DNA from: Puniceicoccales bacterium
GTDB lineage: Bacteria > Verrucomicrobiota > Verrucomicrobiia > Opitutales > JAIRLG01
Length of the DNA: 32,000 nt
Direction: 5' to 3'
Assembly (NCBI GenBank): GCA_031288595.1
Contig: JAITRB010000013.1
Location: 26,425 to 58,424 of the forward strand
Shown: in pieces, positions 1-9,632 of the stretch
Layout: every line of letters starts with the position of its first letter
Position numbering within the stretch: the stretch's first letter is position 1
Notes under the pieces: generated by a model
What the model saw: the letters and a program-made list of their open reading frames with translations, nothing else
Told to the model about the DNA's origin: nothing
Database searches by the model: none
Position numbers and translations under genes: made by a program

Positions 1-1
1 C

Positions 2-775
2 TATCTCTGGTCGGCCTGTTTCTTCTCCCGGAAGGCCTCGATGCTCTCCGCCATCAGCTTCGCCGGCATCCTCTCGCTGCTTGCCTATCCTCAGCAACTC
101 TGGGATTGGGGGATGCAATTCTCCTACAGCGCCGTGCTCTGCATCACCCTTTTGGGAGGCCCTCTGGTGAATCACCTCTCGCGTCGGCTACGATCCAAGG
201 CTCCCAAGTCCACCTCCTGGAGCCATTGCCTGCGCTCTTTTTTCTCCTACGGCCTGAACTCCTTCTGCATCTCGGTACCGATCGCCCTGTTGACCCTACC
301 GCTCAGCATCGAGTATTTCGGCTCCTTCAGCCTCGGCGGTATCCTCATCAATCTCATCGCCATTCCGCTCGCCCTGGGCCTCATCGTCAGTGGATTCTGT
401 ACCCTGGTCATCGGGTACTTTTTCGGCAATTTCGGTCACTGGATCCTGACACAGCTCCTGCTCCCCTACATCCGGGTTTTCGAAGGGATTCTCCGATTTT
501 GCGATGAGCATCTGGCCTGTTTCTGGACCTGTTCGCATGTCATCCCGGGCATCGGCCCAACGACCCTTCTGGGCGTCATGGCCCTGAGTCTGATCGGCCA
601 TCACCACTACCGAAAACATTTCTGCCGGACACGGGCTTATCAGATTGCCATGGAACAGAAAGCTCTAGCGTCTTGCCCCCATGGAGGAAAGGGAGGTATC
701 CAGCACCCACATAGCCGACCAGCTCGTCCTCCACGCCCAAAAGACACCTCAGCGCCCGGCACTGCTCCTTCCTAA
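2..775 (+). CDS. ComEC/Rec2-like competence membrane protein, C-terminal part (5' end upstream of window)
   Basis: The frame of listed ORF 41..775 stays open back to base 2. The product is a run of hydrophobic helices (LSAISFAGILSLLAYP, FSYSAVLCITLLGGPL, IAIPLALGLIVSGF) resembling the ComEC competence domain. The last ~95 nt overlap the next CDS. Confidence 0.5.
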   Translation, partial: YLWSACFFSRKASMLSAISFAGILSLLAYPQQLWDWGMQFSYSAVLCITLLGGPLVNHLSRRLRSKAPKSTSWSHCLRSFFSYGLNSFCISVPIALLTLPLSIEYFGSFSLGGILINLIAIPLALGLIVSGFCTLVIGYFFGNFGHWILTQLLLPYIRVFEGILRFCDEHLACFWTCSHVIPGIGPTTLLGVMALSLIGHHHYRKHFCRTRAYQIAMEQKALASCPHGGKGGIQHPHSRPARPPRPKDTSAPGTAPS

Positions 776-2339
776 GCGTCGCTGGCTAGGCCTTAGGCGA
801 GCGCACTGGGATTCCAAAACATTTCGCGATCTGCACGAGGAGATCGAGGGCCTGATGCGCCTGTTGCGGGAAAACTTCCACCTCTCGAAGCGGCATCGTG
901 TCCTGCTGGCTGTACGGCCTGGGCATGAACTCATCACCTGCACCTTCGCTCTCCTGCGCCTGGGAGCAATTCCCATCATCATCGATGCCGGCATGGGCCT
1001 GCGGTGCTTTTTGTCCTGCGCGCGGAAGGCCCATCCTGACTTCATCCTGGGAGCGAGAAGGCTGCGCTGGACCTCCATCTTCCTCTACTCCTTCGAACCC
1101 AGGCCGCGTGCGATCTGGCTCACCCGGGCTTTCTACCGCTCCTGGAGACGCTGCACCGCCTCCGCCGAATCACCCTTCCGCCGATCTCCCAGTGTTTCCG
1201 TACATCCCGATGACTTGGCGGCTATCCTCTTCACCTCCGGATCGACGGGGACAGCCAAGGGCGTCCACTACAGCCATCGGCATTTCTCCGCCCAATTGGC
1301 GGCTTTACTGGGCAACTATCCCCTGGCCGAACATGACGTCGATCTTCCTCTCCTGCCCCTCTTCTCGCTCTTCAATCCCATCATCGGGCGCACGAGCGTT
1401 CTTCCCGAGATGGATGCGACGAAGCCCTCGCGGCTGCGGGCCCAAAAGATCATCGAGGCCATTCGGCAACATCGCGTCACGAGCAGTTTCGGCGCACCGG
1501 TGCTGTGGAGAAAAATCGCCCTCCACGGCTACCGCCACGGCATTCAGCTTCCGGAGATTCGCTTCCTCTTCCTGGCCGGTGTTTCCTGTGATGTCCCGAC
1601 GCTGGAGCTGCTGCGGCGCATCGTTCCCCATGCCGAGATCCACACCCCCTACGGTGCGACGGAAGCTCTGCCCATCACCGATATCCGCGGGGACGAGATC
1701 CTCTCCCGCTGGAAGGTCTTTCAGGAAAATGGCGCCGGTACCTGCGTCGGGCAGCCCATCACCGGTGCTCAGGTTCGGATCATTCGGGTTACGGAGGAAG
1801 CAATTTCCCAATGGGAGCCTGCCCTGGAGCTCGCGACGGGCCATGTGGGGGAGATCATCGTCGATGGGCCCATGGTGACGGAGAGCTATGACGGCGAGCC
1901 CCTAAAGACCCAACTGGCCAAGATTCATGACGGCGACAGCGTCTGGCACCGCATGGGTGACTTGGGCTTTCTGGATCAGCAAGGCCGGCTCTGGTTCTGC
2001 GGGCGCCTGGCGGAGCGCGTCCTCGTCGGCGACGAGATCTTCTATCCCGACTGCACGGAGCCCCTTTTCCTCAAGCACCCACTTGTCGCCCGTTGTGCCC
2101 TCATCGGCCTTAGGAGAAAGGGCCTCACGTTCCCCGCCATCGTCGTCCAGCCGAAATTCGGGCATTATCCGCTCTGGACGTATCAGAAGAAGCGTTTCAT
2201 CGGGGAGCTTTGGGAAATCGCGCAGCGCTACGAGAAAACCCGCTGTATCCGGCACTTCTTCTTCCGAAAAAAACTGCCGGTGGATGTGCGGCACAATGCC
2301 AAAATCCATCGCCTGGCCCTGGCCAAACAGTTCTCCTAA
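681..2339 (+). CDS. AMP-dependent synthetase/ligase (adenylate-forming acyl ligase family)
   Basis: 552-aa ORF with ATG start. Carries the AMP-binding signature ILFTSGSTGTAKGV, a later YGATE motif and a C-terminal lysine region (VRHNAKIHR). Substrate cannot be inferred. Confidence 0.85.
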   Translation: MEEREVSSTHIADQLVLHAQKTPQRPALLLPKRRWLGLRRAHWDSKTFRDLHEEIEGLMRLLRENFHLSKRHRVLLAVRPGHELITCTFALLRLGAIPIIIDAGMGLRCFLSCARKAHPDFILGARRLRWTSIFLYSFEPRPRAIWLTRAFYRSWRRCTASAESPFRRSPSVSVHPDDLAAILFTSGSTGTAKGVHYSHRHFSAQLAALLGNYPLAEHDVDLPLLPLFSLFNPIIGRTSVLPEMDATKPSRLRAQKIIEAIRQHRVTSSFGAPVLWRKIALHGYRHGIQLPEIRFLFLAGVSCDVPTLELLRRIVPHAEIHTPYGATEALPITDIRGDEILSRWKVFQENGAGTCVGQPITGAQVRIIRVTEEAISQWEPALELATGHVGEIIVDGPMVTESYDGEPLKTQLAKIHDGDSVWHRMGDLGFLDQQGRLWFCGRLAERVLVGDEIFYPDCTEPLFLKHPLVARCALIGLRRKGLTFPAIVVQPKFGHYPLWTYQKKRFIGELWEIAQRYEKTRCIRHFFFRKKLPVDVRHNAKIHRLALAKQFS

Positions 2340-2348
2340 ACCGAGCGC

Positions 2349-3524
2349 TCACTGGATTCTCAATATCTCGGATACTGTTGTTTCCCCGTTCTGGACGTGG
2401 TGGATGCCTTCTCGCTGCAGGGGCACATAGCCCTCCTGTATGGCCCAATGCTGGATCTGCGTTCGGGAGGAATGGGTGCGGATCGCCTCACGGATCGCGA
2501 GCGACACCGGCATCCATTCGTAGAGCGCGAAGCGGCCGGCGTAACCCGTATGAGAACAGGCCTCGCAGCCGCTGCCCCGATAAAGTGCCTGGCCCTTGAG
2601 CTCGGGAAAAAAACGCAGCTCTTCCGCCGTCGCTTCGCAGGTCTCTTTGCACTGCTCGCAGATGCGCCGCACCAGGCGCTGGGCCAGAATGCCCCTGATC
2701 GTATCAGCGATCAGATAGGGCTCGATCCCCATGTCCACCAGGCGCATCACCGTACTCGGCGCATCGTTGGTGTGCAGGGTACCCAGCACCAGATGGCCGG
2801 TCAGGGCCGCCTGAATCGCCACCCTTGCCGTTTCCGTATCGCGCAGCTCTCCGACGAGAATCTTGTCCGGATCGTGGCGCAGAAAGGCCCGCAGCGCACG
2901 GTCGAAGGTCAGACCCACCTCGTCGCGGACATTGACCTGGATCATCCCTTCCATCTCGTACTCGACGGGATCCTCGACGGTCAGGATTTTGATCCCCTCC
3001 TGACTGATATACCGGAGAGCGCTGTACAGCGTCGTCGTCTTACCACTGCCGGTAGGCCCCGTGGTCAGTAAAATGCCGGAACCTCCGTTCAGCGATTCCT
3101 TGACCGCGGCCAAAATGGGAACCGGCATGCCGACCTTGTCGATGTCGAAGTGCCAGGCACCCTGGTCCAGCACGCGCAGGACGACGCTCTCCCCGTACTG
3201 GGTCGGCAATGTCGATATGCGGAAATCCACCGGGCGCCTGGCGTATTCGCGCTCGATGTGCCCATCCTGCGGCAGGCGCTTTTCCGCCGAATCCAAATTG
3301 GCCAGGGTCTTCACCCTCGAGATAATCGCATCGCCCAATCCCCGTTCCGGTGATGGATATTCCCGCAACACACCGTCGACGCGCAGCCGCACCAGCATGT
3401 TCCGCTCAAAAGTCTCGAAATGCACGTCCGAGGCGTGGATTTCCACCGCGCGCTTCAGGATATTGTCGACAAAACGCACGATGGGAGATACTTCCTCCTC
3501 CCCATCCAGCAGGCGTAAATCCAC
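2349..3524 (-). CDS. Type II secretion / type IV pilus assembly ATPase (GspE/PilB family), short form
   Basis: 391-aa ORF with GTG start. Has Walker A GPTGSGKTTTLYS, ILVGELRD, His box GHLVLGTLHTND and a C-terminal tetracysteine (CEQC...CEAC) typical of GspE/PilB rather than PilT. It lacks the long N-terminal domains and has no partner secretion genes nearby. Confidence 0.85.
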   Translation of the reverse strand: MDLRLLDGEEEVSPIVRFVDNILKRAVEIHASDVHFETFERNMLVRLRVDGVLREYPSPERGLGDAIISRVKTLANLDSAEKRLPQDGHIEREYARRPVDFRISTLPTQYGESVVLRVLDQGAWHFDIDKVGMPVPILAAVKESLNGGSGILLTTGPTGSGKTTTLYSALRYISQEGIKILTVEDPVEYEMEGMIQVNVRDEVGLTFDRALRAFLRHDPDKILVGELRDTETARVAIQAALTGHLVLGTLHTNDAPSTVMRLVDMGIEPYLIADTIRGILAQRLVRRICEQCKETCEATAEELRFFPELKGQALYRGSGCEACSHTGYAGRFALYEWMPVSLAIREAIRTHSSRTQIQHWAIQEGYVPLQREGIHHVQNGETTVSEILRIQ

Positions 3525-4127
3525 GTACCTATTATGGATGACCTGCGCCCAGAGGCAATTTTTTAATCACTGTCCTGTCGAATCGATGTAAAATCCTGTA
3601 CACACTCGGCGTTTCTTTTCATCAGCTCCAGGTCTGGACGTAAGAAAGCAAGCGGAGCCCCAGCGAGTTCGAAGGATCTTGAAAGCCCGCAATAACAGCG
3701 GGGAAGATGCATTCACTTTGATTGTCCCCACTGATTCGTGCGTGGAATCGTTCCTCCTGACGGACAAGAATTAGCTTCCGAGGTAACGGAGGCCGCCTCT
3801 CAAAGTTCTGAAGGAAAGACACCGCTGGACATTACCGGACATTCCGTCAGAAAAAATAGTTGGCATTCGACTCAAGCTGGCATAAGTCGGAGGGATTAGC
3901 CCCTAAATGTAGGGCATCAAAAAGGGTGAGGGATAAGGGATGCAGGCACCAGAATGGGACTACGGAAGCAGACGAGGAATCGGACTAGAGCCAGGGCTAA
4001 AGCTAGAATTAGAGGGGATTTTGCTCAGGTATTCGATCCATGGCCACCTATAACGCTAGGGCAGCGGTCCCTGAGGCTAAATTCCTTCCAGTCATTCATT
4101 CTTTCCTCTCATTTCCAATTCGTTTTC

Positions 4128-4223
4128 GGGGCTGGCTTTGTCCGAAGGGCAAGGACAGCTGTCCTTGCCCTTCGGACGGCCCGCATCGCGGGCCCGATTT
4201 CTTTGAAATCGAAAGCCAGCCCC
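4128..4223. repeat. Structured intergenic element copy A (closing stem + 3 hairpins; order long-GC-short)
   Basis: Parse: ggggctggcttt | tccgaagggcaaggacag/ctgtccttgcccttcgga (perfect 18-nt arms) | ggcccgc-atc-gcgggcc | cgatttc-ttt-gaaatcg | aaagccagcccc. Read directly from the sequence. Confidence 0.9.
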
Positions 4224-4319
4224 AAATAACCCTTTCCCCCTCTCACGAAGATCGCCATTTACAAGAACACACTGGACAGACGCTGGGCATCCCTATACTC
4301 CACGAGAGCCGCGCAGCCT

Positions 4320-6035
4320 ATGGTTTCCGTCCTGCTCAGCATCCTCCTCTTCGAGGCATCTATTTTCATCCACGAACTGGGCCATTACCTAGCGGCCAGG
4401 CGGCAGGGGCTATTCATCCCGAGATTCTCCATCGGCTTCGGGCCCAAGCTCTTCTCTTGGAAATTTCGGGGAACGGAATTCTGCCTTTCGCTCCTGCCGC
4501 TGGGAGGCTATGTCGCCCTGCCCCAACTCGCTGAACTCGAGGCCCTTGAAGGCAGCTATGGCATCCCCGATACCTGCAAACAGCAGCTGAGTGCCTGGGA
4601 TAGGTGTTTTGTGGCACTGATGGGGCCGCTGTTCAACCTCCTTTTGGCGTTATTCGTGGCTTCGGTGTTATGGATCCACGGCACACCAGGCCTCCCCGAA
4701 GATTCTTCACGGGCTATTGGCTACATTCTCCCCCATCTTCCGACTCCTCTCGGCGACATCCCCAACCCCAATCTAGGGACAGGACTGCAATTGGGCGATG
4801 TCATTCTGTCCGTCGATGGGCAAGCGGTCTCCTGCTTCGAAGCCATCCAACAGGCCATCGGGATTGGTTCCGGGCACGATGATCAGGGACAGGCGACGGT
4901 GGACTTGGAAGTGCGACGTGGCGACGCGATTCTCCCGCTCACGCTCCATCCCGTCAAAATCTGCCCATTCGCTAGCCGCTCGGACAGTCTCCGCAGTCTC
5001 GGAATCGCCCCGACCTCTTCCCTGAAGATCACGGCCATCGTGCCGGACTCCCCTGCTGCCAAGGCCGGATTACAGAGAGGAGATCAGCTTCTGGCCGTCG
5101 ATGGGCAGACGCTCTACTCACTCCAACACCTGCAGGACTACATTCAGGGAGTGCCTTCGGACATTCAGCTCTCCGTGAGGCGACGAGGGGAAGAGATTTC
5201 CCTCCCCGCCGCGCTGACCGATGTTCCCATCAGCAAGGCCTACTGGAAGCTCGAAGATTCCCGGGGCGAAGAAATCTTCTGCCTCATCCCGCGTGACTCA
5301 TTTTCCTCGCTGAATTCAAAGGGAATCGAGGGCCGTTTCGAAATCGGGTTTTCGGCGGAGCAGCATTCTCCCTCTCCCCTGGCCGCCGGTGATGGACTCA
5401 TCCTACCGGCGAATTTGGCCGTTTTTTCCGACTTGGGCGAATGGCTATCCCGCGACAGGCCCTCTTCGCTCCGCTTTCAGAAATCCGATGGCAGTGTTTA
5501 TGAATACCCGCTGGGGAATTATAGATTCCAGAGTATAGCGGCGACGACGATTCGCCGGCTGGGCATCGAATGCGCGCCGGAAATGGTCTGGATCCACCTC
5601 TCGCCCTGGCAGCAGATCAGGAATTACGCGCTTCAGAGCGTCCAAACCCTGTGCAGCCTGCTCTCGCCGCACTCGGATGTGGCCCTGCGGCACTTGATGG
5701 GCCCCCCAGGCATTTTCAGGACGATGAAGACCCTCGCTGCCCACAGTCTCTGGACTCTGCTGGCCTTTTTCGTCATGCTCAACGTCAATCTCGCCATCAT
5801 CAATCTCCTGCCGCTGCCGGTGCTCGACGGTGGCCACCTCATCATGGCTGGACTGCAGAAGCTCTTGGGCAATGGCTTTCCCCTGCGGTGGTGGCAGCAC
5901 AGCCAGATCCTCTTCATCCTCTTTTTCCTGAGCCTCATGATCTATGCCAGTTTCCACGATCTCCGGCGCTGGAGGGATGACCGACGCGAGCCCTCGACCC
6001 TGAAATTTCAGGAGCAGATCAGGCTTCATTCTTAA
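4320..6035 (+). CDS. rseP: RIP site-2 zinc metalloprotease RseP (M50 family) with PDZ region
   Basis: 571-aa ORF with ATG start. N-terminal HELGHY zinc motif lies in a TM helix, PDZ-like segments follow (LQLGDVILSVDG, LQRGDQLLAVDG), and the C-terminal NLLPLPVLDGGH motif is present. Confidence 0.9.
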   Translation: MVSVLLSILLFEASIFIHELGHYLAARRQGLFIPRFSIGFGPKLFSWKFRGTEFCLSLLPLGGYVALPQLAELEALEGSYGIPDTCKQQLSAWDRCFVALMGPLFNLLLALFVASVLWIHGTPGLPEDSSRAIGYILPHLPTPLGDIPNPNLGTGLQLGDVILSVDGQAVSCFEAIQQAIGIGSGHDDQGQATVDLEVRRGDAILPLTLHPVKICPFASRSDSLRSLGIAPTSSLKITAIVPDSPAAKAGLQRGDQLLAVDGQTLYSLQHLQDYIQGVPSDIQLSVRRRGEEISLPAALTDVPISKAYWKLEDSRGEEIFCLIPRDSFSSLNSKGIEGRFEIGFSAEQHSPSPLAAGDGLILPANLAVFSDLGEWLSRDRPSSLRFQKSDGSVYEYPLGNYRFQSIAATTIRRLGIECAPEMVWIHLSPWQQIRNYALQSVQTLCSLLSPHSDVALRHLMGPPGIFRTMKTLAAHSLWTLLAFFVMLNVNLAIINLLPLPVLDGGHLIMAGLQKLLGNGFPLRWWQHSQILFILFFLSLMIYASFHDLRRWRDDRREPSTLKFQEQIRLHS

Positions 6036-6127
6036 GATAGCGATTAGCAAAGCAGGATTTTCGCCGATTTTGGCGAGGATCCCCTCACAACTTTGCTATT
6101 GACGGAAAGTGCAGGAATTATCTCTCC

Positions 6128-6156
6128 TTGACAATTTATAAAATTTATGCTAACTC
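6128..6156 (+). promoter_or_regulatory. Putative sigma70-like promoter upstream of deoA
   Basis: TTGACA (6128-6133), a 17-nt spacer, then TAACTC (6151-6156), about 45 nt upstream of the ATG at 6202. Pattern match only. Confidence 0.25.
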
Positions 6157-6201
6157 CTCGTCGGAGGGAATTCATGAGGTCGCTAGGAAAACTCAGTTTT
6201 C

Positions 6202-7539
6202 ATGGAATCGGAGAGCACTAAGGATCAGGCAGAAAACCTCGAGCACTCTTTTCATCTTCTCATAGAAAAGAAGCGGGACAACGAGGAGCTCAGTGAAGGA
6301 GAGATCCGCTATCTGGCCGAGTCCATCCTCAAGCAGCGCATTTCGGATACGCAGTTGGCTGCCCTCGTCATGGCCATTTACTTCCGCGGACTTTCTCTGC
6401 AGGAAACCTCCCTTTTCACGGAGGAGATGATGCTATCCGGAGAGATTTTCGCCCTGCCGAAAATCGCCCGTCCCAAGATCGATCGCTACGCGACCGGTGG
6501 AGTCGGGGACAAGACGGGACTGGTCCTCATCGTCCTAGCAGCTGCCTGTGGGATCGCCGTTCCCGCCATGCTGGGAGAAGAGGAGGGATTTATCATCAGC
6601 GATCTGGACAAGCTCAGCGCGATTCCAGGCATTTCGGTCGACCTCAAACCCGAGCGTTTCGCCAAGCAGGTACATGATATCGGCTGCGCGATCACGCGGC
6701 AGTTCCAGCAGATCACGCCGATTCATCACCTGCTCTTCCGCATCCGGCAGCAGACAGGCACCATCCCGAGCCTGTCCCTGACGACCTGCAGCCTGCTGAG
6801 CAAGAAATTTTCCGAAGGGGCTGAAGGCGTCGTCGTCGATGTCAAATGGGGCAATGGTTCCTATATTCGCGGCTTCGAAGAGGCGAAGCAGCTCGCCCGC
6901 TTGATCACCCGCGTTGCCAAGGGCATGAACCGGCGCTGCGTGGCGCTGGTCACGGACATGAATCAGCCGCTGGGTAATACCGTCGGTACCGGCCTGGAAA
7001 TCCAGGAAATTATCCGCATCCTGCACGGTGAAGTGGACTCCGAGAGCGACGAGCTGATACTGCGCCTCGGGATGGAAATGGTTCGGCTCGCCGGTGTTGC
7101 GGGCTCGACGCTTTCCGCCAAACAGATGATCAAACGCCACCTCTCCGACGGCACTGCCCTAGCCAAGTTCCGCGAAATGGTCGTGGCCCAGGGAGGGGAT
7201 GGAAGCTACATCGATAATCCGGACAAATTTCCCAAGGCTTCCCAGGTGCGTAGGTTATCGGCCATGAAGCGCGGCTATGTCCACACCATCGATGCGGGCC
7301 TGATCGCCCGTGGGGTTGATCTGCTCTCACGACGACCGGACAACAGTATCGACCACTCCGTCGGCATCTCCGAGATCAAGAAGGTCGGTGCTCAGATTAA
7401 GCAGGGCGAATCGCTTATGACGGTTCACTACAATGACGAGACCCATCTCGAAGCGGCATTGGAATACCTGCGCTCCGCCCATCGCCTAGCCCCCAAACGC
7501 CCTGCCGAAAATGACCTCATCGCCGAACGAGTGGCGTAG
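6202..7539 (+). CDS. deoA: Thymidine / pyrimidine-nucleoside phosphorylase
   Basis: 445-aa ORF with ATG start. N-terminal helical domain (ISDTQLAALVMAIYFRGLSLQE), phosphate-binding TGGVGDKT, and typical length and C-terminal domain. Confidence 0.9.
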   Translation: MESESTKDQAENLEHSFHLLIEKKRDNEELSEGEIRYLAESILKQRISDTQLAALVMAIYFRGLSLQETSLFTEEMMLSGEIFALPKIARPKIDRYATGGVGDKTGLVLIVLAAACGIAVPAMLGEEEGFIISDLDKLSAIPGISVDLKPERFAKQVHDIGCAITRQFQQITPIHHLLFRIRQQTGTIPSLSLTTCSLLSKKFSEGAEGVVVDVKWGNGSYIRGFEEAKQLARLITRVAKGMNRRCVALVTDMNQPLGNTVGTGLEIQEIIRILHGEVDSESDELILRLGMEMVRLAGVAGSTLSAKQMIKRHLSDGTALAKFREMVVAQGGDGSYIDNPDKFPKASQVRRLSAMKRGYVHTIDAGLIARGVDLLSRRPDNSIDHSVGISEIKKVGAQIKQGESLMTVHYNDETHLEAALEYLRSAHRLAPKRPAENDLIAERVA

Positions 7540-7790
7540 CGAAAACGCATATCTTTCCTCTCTTTGATTTTCTTAAAGAGCATCGATGATGCCGGGCTAT
7601 TCCAAAAATGCCAGCGCAAGTAAGTCTATGCGGAGGTATATCTGCGCGCTTCTCGTAATGGGATGCCCAGTGTGCGTTTTTTTTGAAGCCTCCTTTTCTT
7701 TCTCCGTTTAAATCCTTTTTGCTTTCCTCAGAGCAAGTTCCACCAGAGCGTGGGTCAGCCGCAGGTTGGAGCCGAGGCTTGGTTTCGGTC

Positions 7791-7877
7791 TCCGCCGTCT
7801 TTGCAAGCCACAAACCGCAGGTTTGTGGCTTGATGCCCGCAGAGCGGGCGATTCCTTCGGAATCCAAAGACGGCGAA
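7791..7877. repeat. Structured intergenic element copy D (order long-GC-short)
   Basis: Parse: cgccgtcttt | caagccacaaac-cgcag-gtttgtggcttg | gcccgc-aga-gcgggc | gattcc-ttc-ggaatc | aaagacggcg. Confidence 0.9.
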
Positions 7878-7982
7878 CAGAACAGAGCCAGCAGAGCTAA
7901 AATACCTTGCAGATAGGCCTATACCTCATTCCGCGGACAGTTGATCAAAAATTCATCCCTCAATCTGGAAGCATGCACCACG

Positions 7983-9290
7983 TTAAAGAAGTTTTTGCCC
8001 CATCGTTTCCCAAATCGCGACAGCCGCATTTTTTGCTCCATCCGAAGATTTCATGCACTCCCTCAGTGCCATCGCCGATTCCTTGCACCGCGTGTCGGAC
8101 AGAATCCTGAGAACCGACCTCTGGATATTCTTCGCCCTCCATTGGCCGAGTGGGATGCGTATGCCGGCGCCGCGCGATTCCATATTCGACAGGTTGATGA
8201 ATTGCTCCTGCTGGGCAGCAACACCGACAATCGGGCAGCCGGAATAAAGGGCCGTTTGCAAAGTGCCCTGTCCCCCGTGACTTATCGTGACATCGGCCAT
8301 CGCGTTTATTTTCAACGCAGGAACGAACTTGGCGGTGATATGGATGCCCTGGCGCCTCCCTAACAGCTCTTTTGCTCTTTCAACTGGAAAGTGAGGAGAA
8401 AGTATCACAGCATTCCAATCTAGCCCAGGGCCGTATGTAAAAACACCGATGACCTCCTTAAGCATCTCTTCAGAACCGGAGCTGCTCAATGTACAGAAAA
8501 TCCTGGGCCTGCCGGATTTGGGATCAAAAACTTCCATGATCTCTAGATCTATCGGCACCTCGTCATCGGGAACGGAAAACAATGGCCCGGTAAATTGCAC
8601 GCTCGGAGGAAACTTATCCGCGTCGTAATAGCACGCCAGGTCATTCACGACCATCAGGTCGGACTTCAGCAAGTCGAATACATTGATCAATTTTTCTCCC
8701 TGCCATCCCAGATCATAGGCGGCTCGTCTGATGTTGTTCTGCCTCAGTATCGGCACTCTATTCCTGATGAAATCCGGAATGTGGTGGAACAGCCACAGGC
8801 GCAGAGGCTTTGGAAATATCGAGAATAGCTTCAACTGTTCCGGCACATCCGGAAGGACTTTGCAAAAATCGGGAACCAAGGGCAGCGGAACGAAACAAAC
8901 CCCCGGGATTTCTTTTTTCATCATTCTCCTGACCAGGCCCGCTATCGGCCAGAAACCGTGCATGACGATGTCCGGCTTTATTTCGCCATAGGCCGCGATT
9001 TCGCCCTGAATCATTTCCCTGGCCAATTCTTCGGAGGCGATAAGATCGGTCGTCGTCATGCCCAAATCCTGGTAAAGGCCAATACCCGACAATTTCGGTT
9101 CGGCGTGATATATCTCGAATCCAAGATCCAGAACCATCCGTTCGAATCTGCTCCCGTGGGATAGGAATATTATCCTGGGCACCCTATCGTCCGGTCGGTA
9201 GTTTTTCAACGCCTTGGCTATTTCGATGGCTCTAGCCGCATCGCCCGCATCTTGAAAGGCCGTGCTGATCACTATGGTTATCCCTTTCAT
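7983..9290 (-). CDS. GT1-family UDP-glycosyltransferase (MGT/OleD/CrtX-like)
   Basis: The ORF track starts at a TTG (9299); the first ATG is at 9290 (MKGITIV...). C-terminal nucleotide-sugar motif HGGQGTLQTALYSGCPIVGVAAQQEQ. Spot counts of three 60-nt lines give ~47-53% G+C versus ~57% in a deoA line. Confidence 0.8.
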   Translation of the reverse strand: MKGITIVISTAFQDAGDAARAIEIAKALKNYRPDDRVPRIIFLSHGSRFERMVLDLGFEIYHAEPKLSGIGLYQDLGMTTTDLIASEELAREMIQGEIAAYGEIKPDIVMHGFWPIAGLVRRMMKKEIPGVCFVPLPLVPDFCKVLPDVPEQLKLFSIFPKPLRLWLFHHIPDFIRNRVPILRQNNIRRAAYDLGWQGEKLINVFDLLKSDLMVVNDLACYYDADKFPPSVQFTGPLFSVPDDEVPIDLEIMEVFDPKSGRPRIFCTLSSSGSEEMLKEVIGVFTYGPGLDWNAVILSPHFPVERAKELLGRRQGIHITAKFVPALKINAMADVTISHGGQGTLQTALYSGCPIVGVAAQQEQFINLSNMESRGAGIRIPLGQWRAKNIQRSVLRILSDTRCKESAMALRECMKSSDGAKNAAVAIWETMGQKLL

Positions 9291-9460
9291 ATAAAACAAT
9301 CCTTATTCCTACCTTACCCTATGCCTTAGAAGAGGATATTTTATAATTTCCCTTTTGAAATCTTTTTTGGGGGAAGATTTCCCTCAAAAAGCCACGAAAA
9401 AGGCTGCCAGCTCTCTCTTCTTCCTTTTCCAGGACGCAGCAGATCTGCATCATCGTCCCG

Positions 9461-9507
9461 CCCCCAAATGTCCAGCCGAAAATGACCTCATCGTCGAGCG
9501 AGTGGCC
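9461..9507 (+). pseudogene. Displaced remnant copy of the deoA 3' end
   Basis: 41/47 nt are identical to 7490-7536. It translates to PKCPAENDLIVERVA versus deoA PKRPAENDLIAERVA, with no stop at the homologous position. Weaker similarity extends ~12 nt further upstream. Confidence 0.65.
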
Positions 9508-9538
9508 GTTTACCGTCTCCGTTCGTCCGGCGGGCTTC

Positions 9539-9632
9539 CGCCTTTGAGCCCTTCGGGCTCCCGCCCGCTATGCGGGCTGCGATGAGGAAAAATGAAAGCT
9601 TCCGCTTTGCATTTTTCCTCATCGCAAAGGCG
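9539..9632. repeat. Structured intergenic element copy H (order short-GC-long)
   Basis: Parse: cgccttt | gagccc-ttc-gggctc | gcccgc-tat-gcgggc | gcgatgaggaaaaatg-(aaagc-ttcc-gcttt-g)-catttttcctcatcgc | aaaggcg. Confidence 0.85.

Noticed and set aside
898-1878. 326-aa + strand ORF in an alternative frame inside the ligase gene, and a 179-aa antisense ORF at 1305-1844.
   Set aside because: The products are P/S/R-rich and low complexity. The frame with the AMP-binding motifs explains the region.
3625-3665. SRP (4.5S) RNA-like string ccaggtctggacgtaagaaagcaagcgg.
   Set aside because: It resembles CAGGUCCGGAAGGAAGCAGC only superficially. The bases flanking the putative GUAA loop do not pair, and the surrounding sequence cannot form the long SRP hairpin.
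3672-3712. A possible degenerate tenth element (cccgc-aataaca-gcggg with flanking atctt/aagat pairing).
   Set aside because: It has only one weak hairpin with a 7-nt loop, no closing stem and no companion hairpins, so it is not distinguishable from chance.
3954-4534. Track ORFs 3954-4229 and 4040-4534 upstream of or overlapping rseP. Analogous ORFs occur at 11352-11690, 18956-19504(-), 21534-21959(-), 9355-9585 and in the 27627-27836 part of ORF 27627-28301.
   Set aside because: Each reads straight through a palindromic structured element or a duplicated gene fragment. They have no motifs and overlap better-supported genes.
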